Positions 52,491 through 61,824 of a stretch of DNA of 64,000 nt are shown one piece after another; the stretch's first letter is position 1; every line of letters begins with the position of its first letter. Location: NCBI RefSeq assembly GCF_041625495.1, contig NZ_JBFJTH010000001.1, positions 12,933-76,932 on the forward strand, given 5' to 3'. The position numbers and the translations under genes were made by a program. The notes under the pieces are model-generated. The model ran no database searches. It was not told where the DNA came from and was given only the letters and a program-made list of their open reading frames with translations. Source of the DNA: Litorivivens sp. (GTDB lineage Bacteria > Pseudomonadota > Gammaproteobacteria > Pseudomonadales > Spongiibacteraceae).

Positions 52491-52925
52491 ATGAAAGTCG
52501 AAATGTTTACCGACGGTGCCTGCAGAGGAAATCCGGGCCCTGGCGGGTGGGGTGCATTGCTGCGTTATGGTGAAGTGGAAAAGCCCCTTTTTGGCGGTGA
52601 AAAGGAAACCACAAACAACCGGATGGAGCTTATGGCTGCCATCGAGGGACTGCGGGCACTGAAAAAGCCCAGTCAGGTGGTGCTGACCACGGATTCCCAG
52701 TATGTGCGCAAGGGAATTACCGAGTGGATCGCCAACTGGAAGCGCCGAAACTGGCGAACTGCCGGCAAGCAGCCAGTAAAAAACAAAGACTTATGGCAGG
52801 AGCTTGATGCTCTTTGTCAAAAGCATGATGTCGAATGGCACTGGGTCAAAGGCCACAGCGGGCACCGTGAAAACGAGATTGCGGATCAACTGGCGAACCG
52901 CGGAATTGACGAGTTGTCCCGCTAA
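52491..52925 (+). CDS. rnhA: Ribonuclease HI
   Basis: [39 protein letters not shown]. Confidence 0.98.
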   Translation: MKVEMFTDGACRGNPGPGGWGALLRYGEVEKPLFGGEKETTNNRMELMAAIEGLRALKKPSQVVLTTDSQYVRKGITEWIANWKRRNWRTAGKQPVKNKDLWQELDALCQKHDVEWHWVKGHSGHRENEIADQLANRGIDELSR

Positions 52926-52953
52926 GCCCCACCAATAATCATAGGAGAAGCGC

Positions 52954-53667
52954 GTGTCGCGTCAGGTTGTACTGGATACTGAAACTACCGGTCTTGAGCC
53001 CTCTCAAGGTCACAGAATCATAGAAATTGGCTGTGTCGAGCTGGTCAATCGGCGGCTCACGGGTAGGCACTATCACCAGTACATCAACCCCGAGCGCGAA
53101 GTCGACGAAGGCGCCATCGAGGTGCATGGGATCACCAATGAATTTCTGGTCGATAAGCCTGTTTTTGCCAATATCGTCGACGAGTTTATGGACTTTATTC
53201 GCGGCGCGGAACTGGTTATCCACAATGCTCCCTTTGATATCGGTTTTATTAATCACGAACTGCAGTTGCTCAAACGCAAGGAAGTCGTCGCTGATTCCTG
53301 CTCGGTAATAGACAGTCTGGTGATGGCGCGCCAGAAGCACCCCGGGCAACGCAACAGCCTGGACGCCCTGTGTCAGCGCTATGGGGTAGATAACTCCCAG
53401 CGAGATCTGCACGGCGCCTTGCTGGATGCCGAGATCCTGGCTGATGTGTACCTACTGATGACCGGGGGCCAAACTGATCTGGCGCTCGCCGGTGATACGA
53501 ATAACAGCGGTGGGCAACCGGTCGTATCTGAAATTCGTCGGCTTGCCACCGATCGCCCGGGGCTGAAAGTGGTGCGCGCCTCCGAGGAGGAGATCGCAGC
53601 GCACGAAGAGCAGCTCAAGGCCATCGATAAGGCCAGTGATGGCAACTGCCGCTGGCTGCAAAACTGA
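52954..53667 (+). CDS. dnaQ: DNA polymerase III epsilon subunit
   Basis: LDTETTG, HNAPFD, HGALLDAEILA. Confidence 0.98.
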   Translation: MSRQVVLDTETTGLEPSQGHRIIEIGCVELVNRRLTGRHYHQYINPEREVDEGAIEVHGITNEFLVDKPVFANIVDEFMDFIRGAELVIHNAPFDIGFINHELQLLKRKEVVADSCSVIDSLVMARQKHPGQRNSLDALCQRYGVDNSQRDLHGALLDAEILADVYLLMTGGQTDLALAGDTNNSGGQPVVSEIRRLATDRPGLKVVRASEEEIAAHEEQLKAIDKASDGNCRWLQN

Positions 53668-54050
53668 CCGGGCACGGATTCTCCACCGCCCCCGCTGGAT
53701 CAGTGATTCAATAATGTCTATTTAGAAATTACGGCACTATTCACATCTTAGGCTGTGGCCTTTCGAAAAGCTAAGCTAGACTATTAAGGTTTGAATAACA
53801 GGAACTTAGCGAGCGTTTTCTCGAAGTTCCTAGAGCAGAAGGCTGGTTTTTTGTACGCACCGACTTCGTCCTAAGGTGAGGCAGGTCGCACACGGGAAGG
53901 GACGCCCACTAGCCACTATAATAAATAGTCAGCATTAACAGCGGTATCAGGGGCTATTGCTGACGAGGTATCCAGAGGTATACATGGTAGTAAACCACGG
54001 TTGGGCCCGCGCGTGGGGGTGTGCTTGTGCAGTATGAAGTAGCAGTCAAT

Positions 54051-55757
54051 ATGTCGTCGCTTGACCTGGTTTCCAGCGAATTGAACACTACGCTGGATCA
54101 AGCCACGGACGCCTTTGAAGAATTCATTTCTGATCCGGAGCGATTCGAGGCGTTAAAAATTTGCGCCGAGCTCACTTGGCAAGTTGCGGGTACGCTCAGC
54201 CTGATCCAGATCCATGGGGCCCACCTGCTTGCCGATAATATCTATCAGGCCCTGAATAAAAGCCTTACCGCCGGCAAAGCGCCCGGTGCCAAACAGGCTG
54301 AAGCGCTGAGCACCTCATTCTTTGTGCTGCCTCGGTATCTTGAGTCCGTGTCGGCCCGAAAAACCGACGTCCCCCTCATGCTGCTGCCGCAGATCAATGA
54401 AATTCGTATGGCCCATGGTGAGGATGTCATTCTTGAGCACCAGCAATTGGGCTTGACCGTTCCCCGCTTTAGCGAAAGCTCTACGTTCACTGTGAATATC
54501 AAACCTGTGCCGGCGGATGCGGAAACCCTGAAGCGACTGCGACACATGTACCAGGTGGGTTTACTGGGTGTGCTGAGGAATTCGCAGGTCGCCTTGCATC
54601 TGCGTCTGATGAACCGGGCACTGCAGCGGTTTTGCGGCTTCCTGCCGCCGGGAGCCGCCCAGCGTTTCTGGCTATTGGCGAACGCGGTGGTCGACTGTTT
54701 GGTAGAACGCAAGTTGGCCTTAAACAGTACCCGGGTGCGAAGTTTTGCCCGCCTGGACAAAGCGCTCCGAGAACTTGCAGCCACGCCCTCTGAGCTTGGC
54801 AAAATACCGGAAATGCCAGAGATCGAGCGCGAGCTTTACCATCTGCTAACCATTAGCGGCGCGGAGTCGGAAAGCGTCGCAGGTAAATTCATGAATGCTG
54901 CGGGTATCATTCCGCTGACCTTGCTCGATAAAGACATTCAGGCCGATCTTCAGCGAATGTTCGGTCCCGGGCTCGATGCGATGTCAACGGTAATCCGCGA
55001 ACTTCACAGTGAGTTGCGCAACGCGATGGATATTTTGGAAATACTGATGCAGAGCGGCCGCTGCGATGCAGATGAAGTATTACCACTTGAGAAAATATTG
55101 GTGCAGCTCTCCGGTGTGCTGAGAGTGCTGGGTTTGAATACACTTGCAGATTATTCAGCGCAGCACGGAATGTTGGCAACGGGGCTGGTTGGACGTGATC
55201 ATGCTCACGTCCAGCAGGTGTTGCCTCAGATTGCCGATGGCATACTGTTTATCGATAACTCACTCAGCAAACTTGAGCGAAACCAGCTCACGGCTGATGA
55301 ATTGGAAGACCTCACACCCGCCAGGCAGCTTGCCATCAGTAGCAGTAGTCAGCTGGAAACGTCAAAACTGTTGGTCTACAAGGAATCTGAGGCGGGTATC
55401 AGCCTGGCCAAACGGGCAATAAATGCCTACGTCGAATCTGAGTTTGATATCGGTCATATCTACAATGTGGGTACGACGCTCAACACCATACGCGGCGCTT
55501 TCCAGTTGCTGAGTATGGGACGCATTACTGACGTGCTGAGTGCCGCTGTAAAGTTTGTGAATAAATTTATTCAAAGCAACGACATGCATAGCCCTGATCG
55601 CGCTCAGCAACTGCTCGAAACGTTGGCAGATGCGCTGATCAGCGTAGAATATTACTTAATGGAGCTCAGCCGTCACCAGCGGGCTGATGAAGAGCTACTT
55701 GTACTGGCCGAAGAGAGTCTGGCAGCGCTGGGTTACAAGGTTAAAGCACGCGCCTGA
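54051..55757 (+). CDS. FimL-like type IV pilus/Chp pathway scaffold (ChpA N-terminal Hpt-like repeats)
   Basis: All-helical protein of about 568 aa with Q..GTL.LIQ..GA.LLA, R.RHMYQVGLLG.L and LETLADALIS.EYYL; FimL lies near dnaQ and sohB in Pseudomonas. Confidence 0.72.
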   Translation: MSSLDLVSSELNTTLDQATDAFEEFISDPERFEALKICAELTWQVAGTLSLIQIHGAHLLADNIYQALNKSLTAGKAPGAKQAEALSTSFFVLPRYLESVSARKTDVPLMLLPQINEIRMAHGEDVILEHQQLGLTVPRFSESSTFTVNIKPVPADAETLKRLRHMYQVGLLGVLRNSQVALHLRLMNRALQRFCGFLPPGAAQRFWLLANAVVDCLVERKLALNSTRVRSFARLDKALRELAATPSELGKIPEMPEIERELYHLLTISGAESESVAGKFMNAAGIIPLTLLDKDIQADLQRMFGPGLDAMSTVIRELHSELRNAMDILEILMQSGRCDADEVLPLEKILVQLSGVLRVLGLNTLADYSAQHGMLATGLVGRDHAHVQQVLPQIADGILFIDNSLSKLERNQLTADELEDLTPARQLAISSSSQLETSKLLVYKESEAGISLAKRAINAYVESEFDIGHIYNVGTTLNTIRGAFQLLSMGRITDVLSAAVKFVNKFIQSNDMHSPDRAQQLLETLADALISVEYYLMELSRHQRADEELLVLAEESLAALGYKVKARA

Positions 55758-55780
55758 ACAGGCGTAATCTGGAGGGTGGG

Positions 55781-56431
55781 GTGAGTCTGTTTGTTCTGAT
55801 TGGCAGCCTAGTCCTCCTTGCCATCGCGCTGGCATTTGTGGCCGTAAGGGTATTGCTGAGGTTGCCGGTGCTTAAACATTTTGTTTTGGGGTGCTTTGCC
55901 CTGTTGTCCGGTCTGCTGGCGATAGCGGTGTTTCTGGCTGCCTGGGATCTCTATTCTTATCGCGCGCTGTTGGACGAAACGCCGGTGGCGACAGTCACGT
56001 TCACCCGACAGACAGCACAAACCTATCGCGCAACGGTCAGTGTCAACGGAGAGGTTAGGGACTACCAGCTCGCCGGCGACCAGTGGCAAATTGATGTGCG
56101 CATGATCAAGTGGAATCCGACAATCAGCCGTCTCGGTGTTGACCCTATTTTCAGGCTTGACAGGCTTTCGGGCCGTTATCAGCGGCTTGAAGACGAGCGC
56201 AGCAAGCCTCGAACGGTCCATGCCTTGCGCGAATCGGACACCATTGACCTGTGGCATTGGCTGCAAAAATCTGAATCCCTGCTCAGGTTGGCTGATACGC
56301 AATACGGCAGTGCAACCTATCTGCCAATGGCTGACGGTGCGGTTTATCAGGTCACACTCAGCCATTTCGGCTTGGTGGCGCGCCCGGAAAACCGCCAGGC
56401 CGAGGAGGCCGTCAGACGCTGGTCGTCTTGA
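55781..56431 (+). CDS. Conserved hypothetical membrane protein
   Basis: Two N-terminal TM segments; GDQWQ.D.R..KW, RLDRLSGRY, YGSA.YLPMADGA. Confidence 0.75.
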   Translation: MSLFVLIGSLVLLAIALAFVAVRVLLRLPVLKHFVLGCFALLSGLLAIAVFLAAWDLYSYRALLDETPVATVTFTRQTAQTYRATVSVNGEVRDYQLAGDQWQIDVRMIKWNPTISRLGVDPIFRLDRLSGRYQRLEDERSKPRTVHALRESDTIDLWHWLQKSESLLRLADTQYGSATYLPMADGAVYQVTLSHFGLVARPENRQAEEAVRRWSS

Positions 56432-56491
56432 CTTGCCGCGTCCCTGACGCGAATATGCCACGCCATTCTATTTACGTGTCAGGAGATCAAC

Positions 56492-57532
56492 TTGGAGTTT
56501 TTGAGCGACTACGGCCTGTTTCTGGCCAAAACCGTGACCTTTGTCGTTGCTTTACTGATTGTTATCGGGAGCTTGGCCTCGCTGGGATCACGCAAGCGGG
56601 ACGCCGAAGGACACATTGAGGTTACTGCGCTCAACGACCGATTTGAGGACTGGGAAGATCAGGTCAAATCTGTGGTCTTGGACGAGACCGCCTTCAAGCA
56701 GGATCGCAAAGAGGCTAAAAAGAAATACAAAGCTGAGCAAAAGGCTGCTAAAAAACAGAAGGAAGCCGCACCGCTGAAACCAAGACTCTACGTGCTGGAT
56801 TTTGATGGCGATATCAAAGCCTCGGCGGTAGAGCATCTGCGTCACGAGATTTCAGCGGTTCTGACGCTGGCCCGGCCTGAAGACGAAATTTTGGTCAAGC
56901 TGGAGAGCGGCGGCGGTATGGTGCACAGCTATGGTCTGGCCGCATCGCAGTTGGATCGTATCCGCAGTAAAGGAATCCCGCTAACAGTTGCTATTGACCG
57001 TGTGGCGGCCAGCGGGGGTTACATGATGGCCTGTATTGCTAACCGCATCATGGCTGCGCCTTTTGCGGTGGTCGGCTCCATTGGCGTTATAGCGCAGCTG
57101 CCCAACTTCCATCGCTTACTGAAACAGCACAATGTCGACTTTGAAATGCATACCGCCGGTGACTACAAGCGCACGCTTACCGTGTTTGGCGAAAATACCG
57201 ACGAAGGACGCGAGAAATTTCTGGAAGAACTGGAAGAAACCCATCAGTTATTCAAGGAATTTGTGAGTGAGCACCGGCCGCAGGTTGCCATAGAAAAGGT
57301 AGCTACTGGCGAGGTCTGGTACGGCAGTAAAGCTTTGCTGCAAAACCTCGTTGACGAAATCCGCACAAGCGATGAATATATTCTTAGCAAGCGCGAACAG
57401 AGCGACATATTCGAAGTGAAATACGTCGCTAAAAAGACGCTCGCAGAAAAAGTGGGAGTTGCTGCCCATTCAGCCTTAGACGCCGTGATCGGCAAGTGGG
57501 TAACGAAAGCAAGCCAGCGCCCGCTGGCCTGA
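56492..57532 (+). CDS. sohB: S49 peptidase SohB
   Basis: MEFLSDYGLFLAK, DFDGDIKAS, LESGGG.VH.YGLAASQL, AASGGYMMAC. Confidence 0.95.
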   Translation: MEFLSDYGLFLAKTVTFVVALLIVIGSLASLGSRKRDAEGHIEVTALNDRFEDWEDQVKSVVLDETAFKQDRKEAKKKYKAEQKAAKKQKEAAPLKPRLYVLDFDGDIKASAVEHLRHEISAVLTLARPEDEILVKLESGGGMVHSYGLAASQLDRIRSKGIPLTVAIDRVAASGGYMMACIANRIMAAPFAVVGSIGVIAQLPNFHRLLKQHNVDFEMHTAGDYKRTLTVFGENTDEGREKFLEELEETHQLFKEFVSEHRPQVAIEKVATGEVWYGSKALLQNLVDEIRTSDEYILSKREQSDIFEVKYVAKKTLAEKVGVAAHSALDAVIGKWVTKASQRPLA

Positions 57533-57554
57533 TCCTGAAACTGGGGGATGTTGT

Positions 57555-57986
57555 TTGACGGTTTACCGCCAGGGTGGTTTAACCATCCGCGAAATACTCG
57601 TACTTATTCTGATCATTAGCGGTCTTGTGGCCGCACTGTACCCGATTATCGAATCGCGACTCGATGACTATCGAGTCGCTACCGCCCGCGCTCATATAAC
57701 TGAATTAGCGGCCGCGCTGGAGCGTTACAAACTCGATAACCATTTCTACCCAACCACAGAGCAGGGATTGCGCGCACTGATTGCGATGCCAACCTCAGGG
57801 CGAACCCCGCGTAACTGGAACAGCACAGGTTACCTGCCGACAGACGCCGTACCGTTGGATCCTTGGGGCGCTCCTTATCGGTATGAGAGCAGAGAAGAGG
57901 GGCGCTATTTTACCCTGCAGACCTACGGCGCCGACGGCAAACCAGGTGGTGAGGGTATTGCTGAAGATCTCATAGTAAGCCATTGA
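57555..57986 (+). CDS. Type II secretion major pseudopilin GspG-like protein (orphan)
   Basis: G|LTIRE prepilin-like N-terminus, AL..YKLDN..YPTTEQGL.AL, DPWG.PY.Y, GADG.PGGEG. Confidence 0.85.
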   Translation: MTVYRQGGLTIREILVLILIISGLVAALYPIIESRLDDYRVATARAHITELAAALERYKLDNHFYPTTEQGLRALIAMPTSGRTPRNWNSTGYLPTDAVPLDPWGAPYRYESREEGRYFTLQTYGADGKPGGEGIAEDLIVSH

Positions 57987-58150
57987 TTTTAAATAGTTCC
58001 TGTGAGCAGCGGTTGGCAGTGTCAATTCATTTCGGCGGTGCCTGACCCTCGACTAAGCCAATAAAGCGGTTACACTAAAAAACAGTTACGATAAGGTTTG
58101 GAATTGCGCGCCAACTCCGGCCAATAATAATTGATCAAGCAGGATACTAT

Positions 58151-59641
58151 ATGAAACAACTTGGCGTACTAGATACGGCTTTTATCAATCTAGAGCAAAC
58201 CAATACTCCCCAGCATATCGGCGGGCTCGGTATTTATGACCCCTCAACCGCCCCTGGCGGTTTTGTTCGCTTTAAACAGGTGATAGCGAGTTTTGAGCAG
58301 CGGTTGCATCGCCTTCCGTTGTTTCGCACGCGCTTACATGAAGTGCCGGGTAACCTCGATCGGCCATATTGGGTGGTCGACGAAAACTTCGATGTTGAAT
58401 TCCACTTAAGACATATCGCGCTGCCGCACCCTGGTGACTGGCGCCAGCTCTGCATCCAGATCGCTAGGCTTCACTCGCGACCGCTGGATATGGCGCGTCC
58501 CCTTTGGGAGGCCTATATCATTGAAGGTCTGGACAATATTCCCGAGCTGCCCGAGGGTAGTTTTGCGGTCTATACCAAAATGCACCACTCACTAGTCGAC
58601 GGCGCGGGTGGTCAATCGTTTATGGCTGCACTGCATGACCTAGAGCCAGAACCCAGTGAAAGTGTGGCCGATGAGTACCTTGGCATTCAGCCGCCGCTGG
58701 TCATTGACCACAAACCCAATTCCGGTGAATTGTTGTTTAGGGCGCTGGTAAATCAGACCAAAAATACCGCAACAATGGCTAAGGGTACGGTAAACCTGGC
58801 TCGGGATTTTGCGCGGCTTGGCTATGGCGTTATCCAGAAAACCGTGCCCTTACCCGATATTCAGGCTCCCAAAACGCGGTTTAACCAGCCAGTAGGTAAA
58901 CATCGGGCCTTTGAGGCGACCACATTCAGTGTGTCGGATTTTAAAGCCATAAAAAATGCCTTCAACGTTAAAATCAATGATGTTGCCTTGGCCGTGGTAT
59001 CCGGTGCCATGCGACGCTACCTGCAAGAAATAGGGGAGCTGCCTGAGGTCTCCCTGGCTGCCGGTATACCGATGAATATGCGCAGCCGGCGCGGGGAAAA
59101 CGAGGACAATAATCAGGTGGGATCCGTGTTTTGTAAATTGCATACGGATATCGACGACCCGGTTGCTCGACTGCAAGCGATTCACCAAAGCGCCAATGAC
59201 GCCAAAGAGTTCGGCGAAAAGTCACCGTTGGTAGACGCCCTGAAACTGGTGGGCGTGCTTTCGCCCTGGTTTGCCAAGGGCGGTGCCAAGCTGTATTCCA
59301 GTGGTAAAATTTCGCAGCATATGCCGGTGAATATCAGCACGGTGGTCACCAATGTGCCGGGCGCGAATTTTGATCTCTATTGTGCCGGTGCGCGACTCGT
59401 TCGCTATCACGGCCTCGGCGTACTAACCCCGGGTGTAGGCCTTTTCCATGCGGTATTTTCCTTTGGCGATGCCATGACCATTTCCGTGCTGGCAGATCGT
59501 GAACAATTGGATGATCCAATGAAATACCGGGAGTGTCTGGAGGCTTCGTTTGCTGAATTGAAAGCGCTCGCAGATAAGAGTTCCGAGCCGCCCGTCGCGA
59601 AAAAGAAAACAGCTAAACGTCGCGCTGCGAAGTCCAGCTGA
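58151..59641 (+). CDS. Wax ester synthase/diacylglycerol acyltransferase (WS/DGAT)
   Basis: LD.AF..LE, RPLD..RPLWE, catalytic HHSLVDG, INDV.LA, TNVPG. Confidence 0.93.
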   Translation: MKQLGVLDTAFINLEQTNTPQHIGGLGIYDPSTAPGGFVRFKQVIASFEQRLHRLPLFRTRLHEVPGNLDRPYWVVDENFDVEFHLRHIALPHPGDWRQLCIQIARLHSRPLDMARPLWEAYIIEGLDNIPELPEGSFAVYTKMHHSLVDGAGGQSFMAALHDLEPEPSESVADEYLGIQPPLVIDHKPNSGELLFRALVNQTKNTATMAKGTVNLARDFARLGYGVIQKTVPLPDIQAPKTRFNQPVGKHRAFEATTFSVSDFKAIKNAFNVKINDVALAVVSGAMRRYLQEIGELPEVSLAAGIPMNMRSRRGENEDNNQVGSVFCKLHTDIDDPVARLQAIHQSANDAKEFGEKSPLVDALKLVGVLSPWFAKGGAKLYSSGKISQHMPVNISTVVTNVPGANFDLYCAGARLVRYHGLGVLTPGVGLFHAVFSFGDAMTISVLADREQLDDPMKYRECLEASFAELKALADKSSEPPVAKKKTAKRRAAKSS

Positions 59642-59676
59642 AGTCTGGGAATCAACTAGCCGGTCAGGAGGCGACA

Positions 59677-61560
59677 ATGGCAGATGGTGGCACTGTAGGG
59701 CAGTGGGACACACTGATAAAAAACGCACTGGTTTTTGACGGCAGTGGCGAATTGCCGGTTGTCGAGGATATCGCCCTTGCTAGCGGCCAGATTGCCGCCA
59801 GAGGCCAAAACCTCGGCAGCGAGTTAGCCGCCCAGGTGGTTGATGCTGACGGACTCTGGCTTATGCCGGGGTTGTTGGATATTCATACGCATCTCGACTT
59901 GGAGGTTGAAGTCAATCCAGGGCTAGGAGAGGCGGTCAGGCATGGCACCACCACGGTGATCGTGGGTAATTGTTCTCTGGGTACGGCCTTTGGTGCGCAG
60001 CTAAAGAATGGGGAAAGCCCCATTATTGATTGCTTTACCCGTGTGGAAAATATGCCGAAACGGGTGCTGCAAAAGTGCGTCGATAAAATGCACTGGAACA
60101 CCACGGGCGACTATCTGAAGCACTTTTCGTCGATTCCACTTGGCCCAAATATAGCGCCACTGTTACCGCACTCCATGTTGAGAACACAGGTCATGGGGGT
60201 AGACGCGAGCGTCAGCCGTGAGCCAACACAGGCTGAGCGCGATGAAATGGTGCGTCTGTTAAATCAGGCAATGGATCAGGGCTATATCGGTTTTTCCACT
60301 GACAGTATTATTTTTCACTATCTCGCCAACGACCCCCACAAAGAAAAACGCATTCCCACCCAGTTTGCCGATGAAGCCGAACTTAAAACGCTGTTGCAGG
60401 TTGTACGTGACCGGGACCGGGTGTGGCAGGCCACACCAGACAGCAAGAATATGTTTACCACCTTGCGTCGTTTTTTCTGGACATCGGGTCGGTTGTTTGG
60501 CAAACCGTTGCGAGTAAGCGCATTGACCGCGCTGGATTTCAAATCGACACCGGGCGCATGGAAGCGCCTGCTGCGCTTGGCAGCACTGTTGAATTCAACT
60601 TTATTGAACGGGCGGTTTCACTTTCAGGCGCTCTCCACTAATTTCCGAATGTGGGGCAATGGTGTGCAGGCGCCAATCTTTGAAGAGCTGCCCTCGACCC
60701 GTGCATTAATAGCCTATGAAATCGACGATCGAGACGGGCGTCGTGCGTTGATGGAAACCGCCGAATGGCAGGCGCAGTTTCGCCGGGATTGGGACGCAGT
60801 CTCTCCGAAGGCACCAAGTCTGCTGAATCGTCTGGGCGTACCGTCGGCGACTTTTGTGCTGGATCCCGACGATATCGTCATAGATCCGGTAACGCCGGTG
60901 CCCAGCTGGCATCATCAAAAGCTGTCCAGTGTCTACCAACGGTTCCGGGCGTTCCGGCAGGGTCAGAAAGAGGGCTTCAACGCGGATGAACTGGAGGTAT
61001 TTGGCAAGGCGCCGCCGGACTGTGATTCGCTGCCGGATTTTTTCGCTCACTGTCTGCGAGAGTTTGATTTGGATTTTCGCTGGTGGCTGGATGTAGCCAA
61101 TCTCGACGAATCCATTACCGATCAGATACTGTTTGACGCAAACACCTTGCCCGGGTTTAACGACAGTGGCGCACACATAACAAATCTCGCTTTTTATGAT
61201 GGCAACCTGTTAACGCTTAAACTCGCACAGAAGCGAGGGCTGGATAGAGTAGCGCTGGCGGTAAAACGGCTTACGCGTGATCCGGCGGCATTCTTTAACC
61301 TGGATGTTGGTAACCTGAATATCGGTCAGCAGGCGGATATTGTGCTGGTTGATCCAGAGCAGCTCAGAGACTATGACAGTAACGGGCAGCGGCAGTTGGT
61401 CTACAATCCTGAGTTTGAGCATGAAGTGCTTGTTAATCGCTCCGATGGCGTGGTCCGCGAAGTGTATATTCGCGGCCAGCGGGTTTGGGAAGAGGGTGAT
61501 CGTTTCACGCCTGTGCTGGGTAGCGAAACTCTTGGACGTGCGCTGACGGCAGTGAATTGA
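59677..61560 (+). CDS. N-acyl-D-amino-acid deacylase-like amidohydrolase
   Basis: FDGSG, PG.LDIHTHLD, HGTTTV.VGNC, DSGAH, G.QADIV..DP. Confidence 0.85.
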   Translation: MADGGTVGQWDTLIKNALVFDGSGELPVVEDIALASGQIAARGQNLGSELAAQVVDADGLWLMPGLLDIHTHLDLEVEVNPGLGEAVRHGTTTVIVGNCSLGTAFGAQLKNGESPIIDCFTRVENMPKRVLQKCVDKMHWNTTGDYLKHFSSIPLGPNIAPLLPHSMLRTQVMGVDASVSREPTQAERDEMVRLLNQAMDQGYIGFSTDSIIFHYLANDPHKEKRIPTQFADEAELKTLLQVVRDRDRVWQATPDSKNMFTTLRRFFWTSGRLFGKPLRVSALTALDFKSTPGAWKRLLRLAALLNSTLLNGRFHFQALSTNFRMWGNGVQAPIFEELPSTRALIAYEIDDRDGRRALMETAEWQAQFRRDWDAVSPKAPSLLNRLGVPSATFVLDPDDIVIDPVTPVPSWHHQKLSSVYQRFRAFRQGQKEGFNADELEVFGKAPPDCDSLPDFFAHCLREFDLDFRWWLDVANLDESITDQILFDANTLPGFNDSGAHITNLAFYDGNLLTLKLAQKRGLDRVALAVKRLTRDPAAFFNLDVGNLNIGQQADIVLVDPEQLRDYDSNGQRQLVYNPEFEHEVLVNRSDGVVREVYIRGQRVWEEGDRFTPVLGSETLGRALTAVN

Positions 61561-61570
61561 TCTCTAACCG

Positions 61571-61765
61571 CTACGGCATTGCGATCATTGGTCTATCTGG
61601 AAAGACATTGTCGAGCACACGAACCGGGAGTTGAAATACTCTGGACAGCAATGGTTCTGTAAGCGTTTCACTCGGCGCACCGACTGCGGCGGTTTTGCCT
61701 TGATCGAGCAGCACGATGTGGTCGGCGAATTGTGCGGCCAAATTGATATCGTGCAGCACCGCGAC
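61571..61765 (-). pseudogene. C-terminal remnant of a heme/iron-chelate ABC ATPase (HmuV/FecE-like)
   Basis: VAVLHDINLAAQFADHIVLLDQGK..A.GAP.ETLT..LL..VF; in-frame TGA immediately upstream; Walker A, signature and Walker B motifs absent. Confidence 0.82.
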
Positions 61766-61824
61766 TCATGTTCTGACAAAACATTCTTGTGTACTCTCAA
61801 GCTGATAACAATAGAGGTGCCGTT

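Noticed and set aside
53703-53731. Sequence resembling a dif site (GATTCAATAA-TGTCTA-TTTAGAAATTA)
   Set aside because: The XerD arm matches TTATGTTAAAT poorly
53880-53970. Possible c-di-GMP-I riboswitch (GGGACGC)
   Set aside because: It lacks the GGCAAAC and GCAAAG core elements
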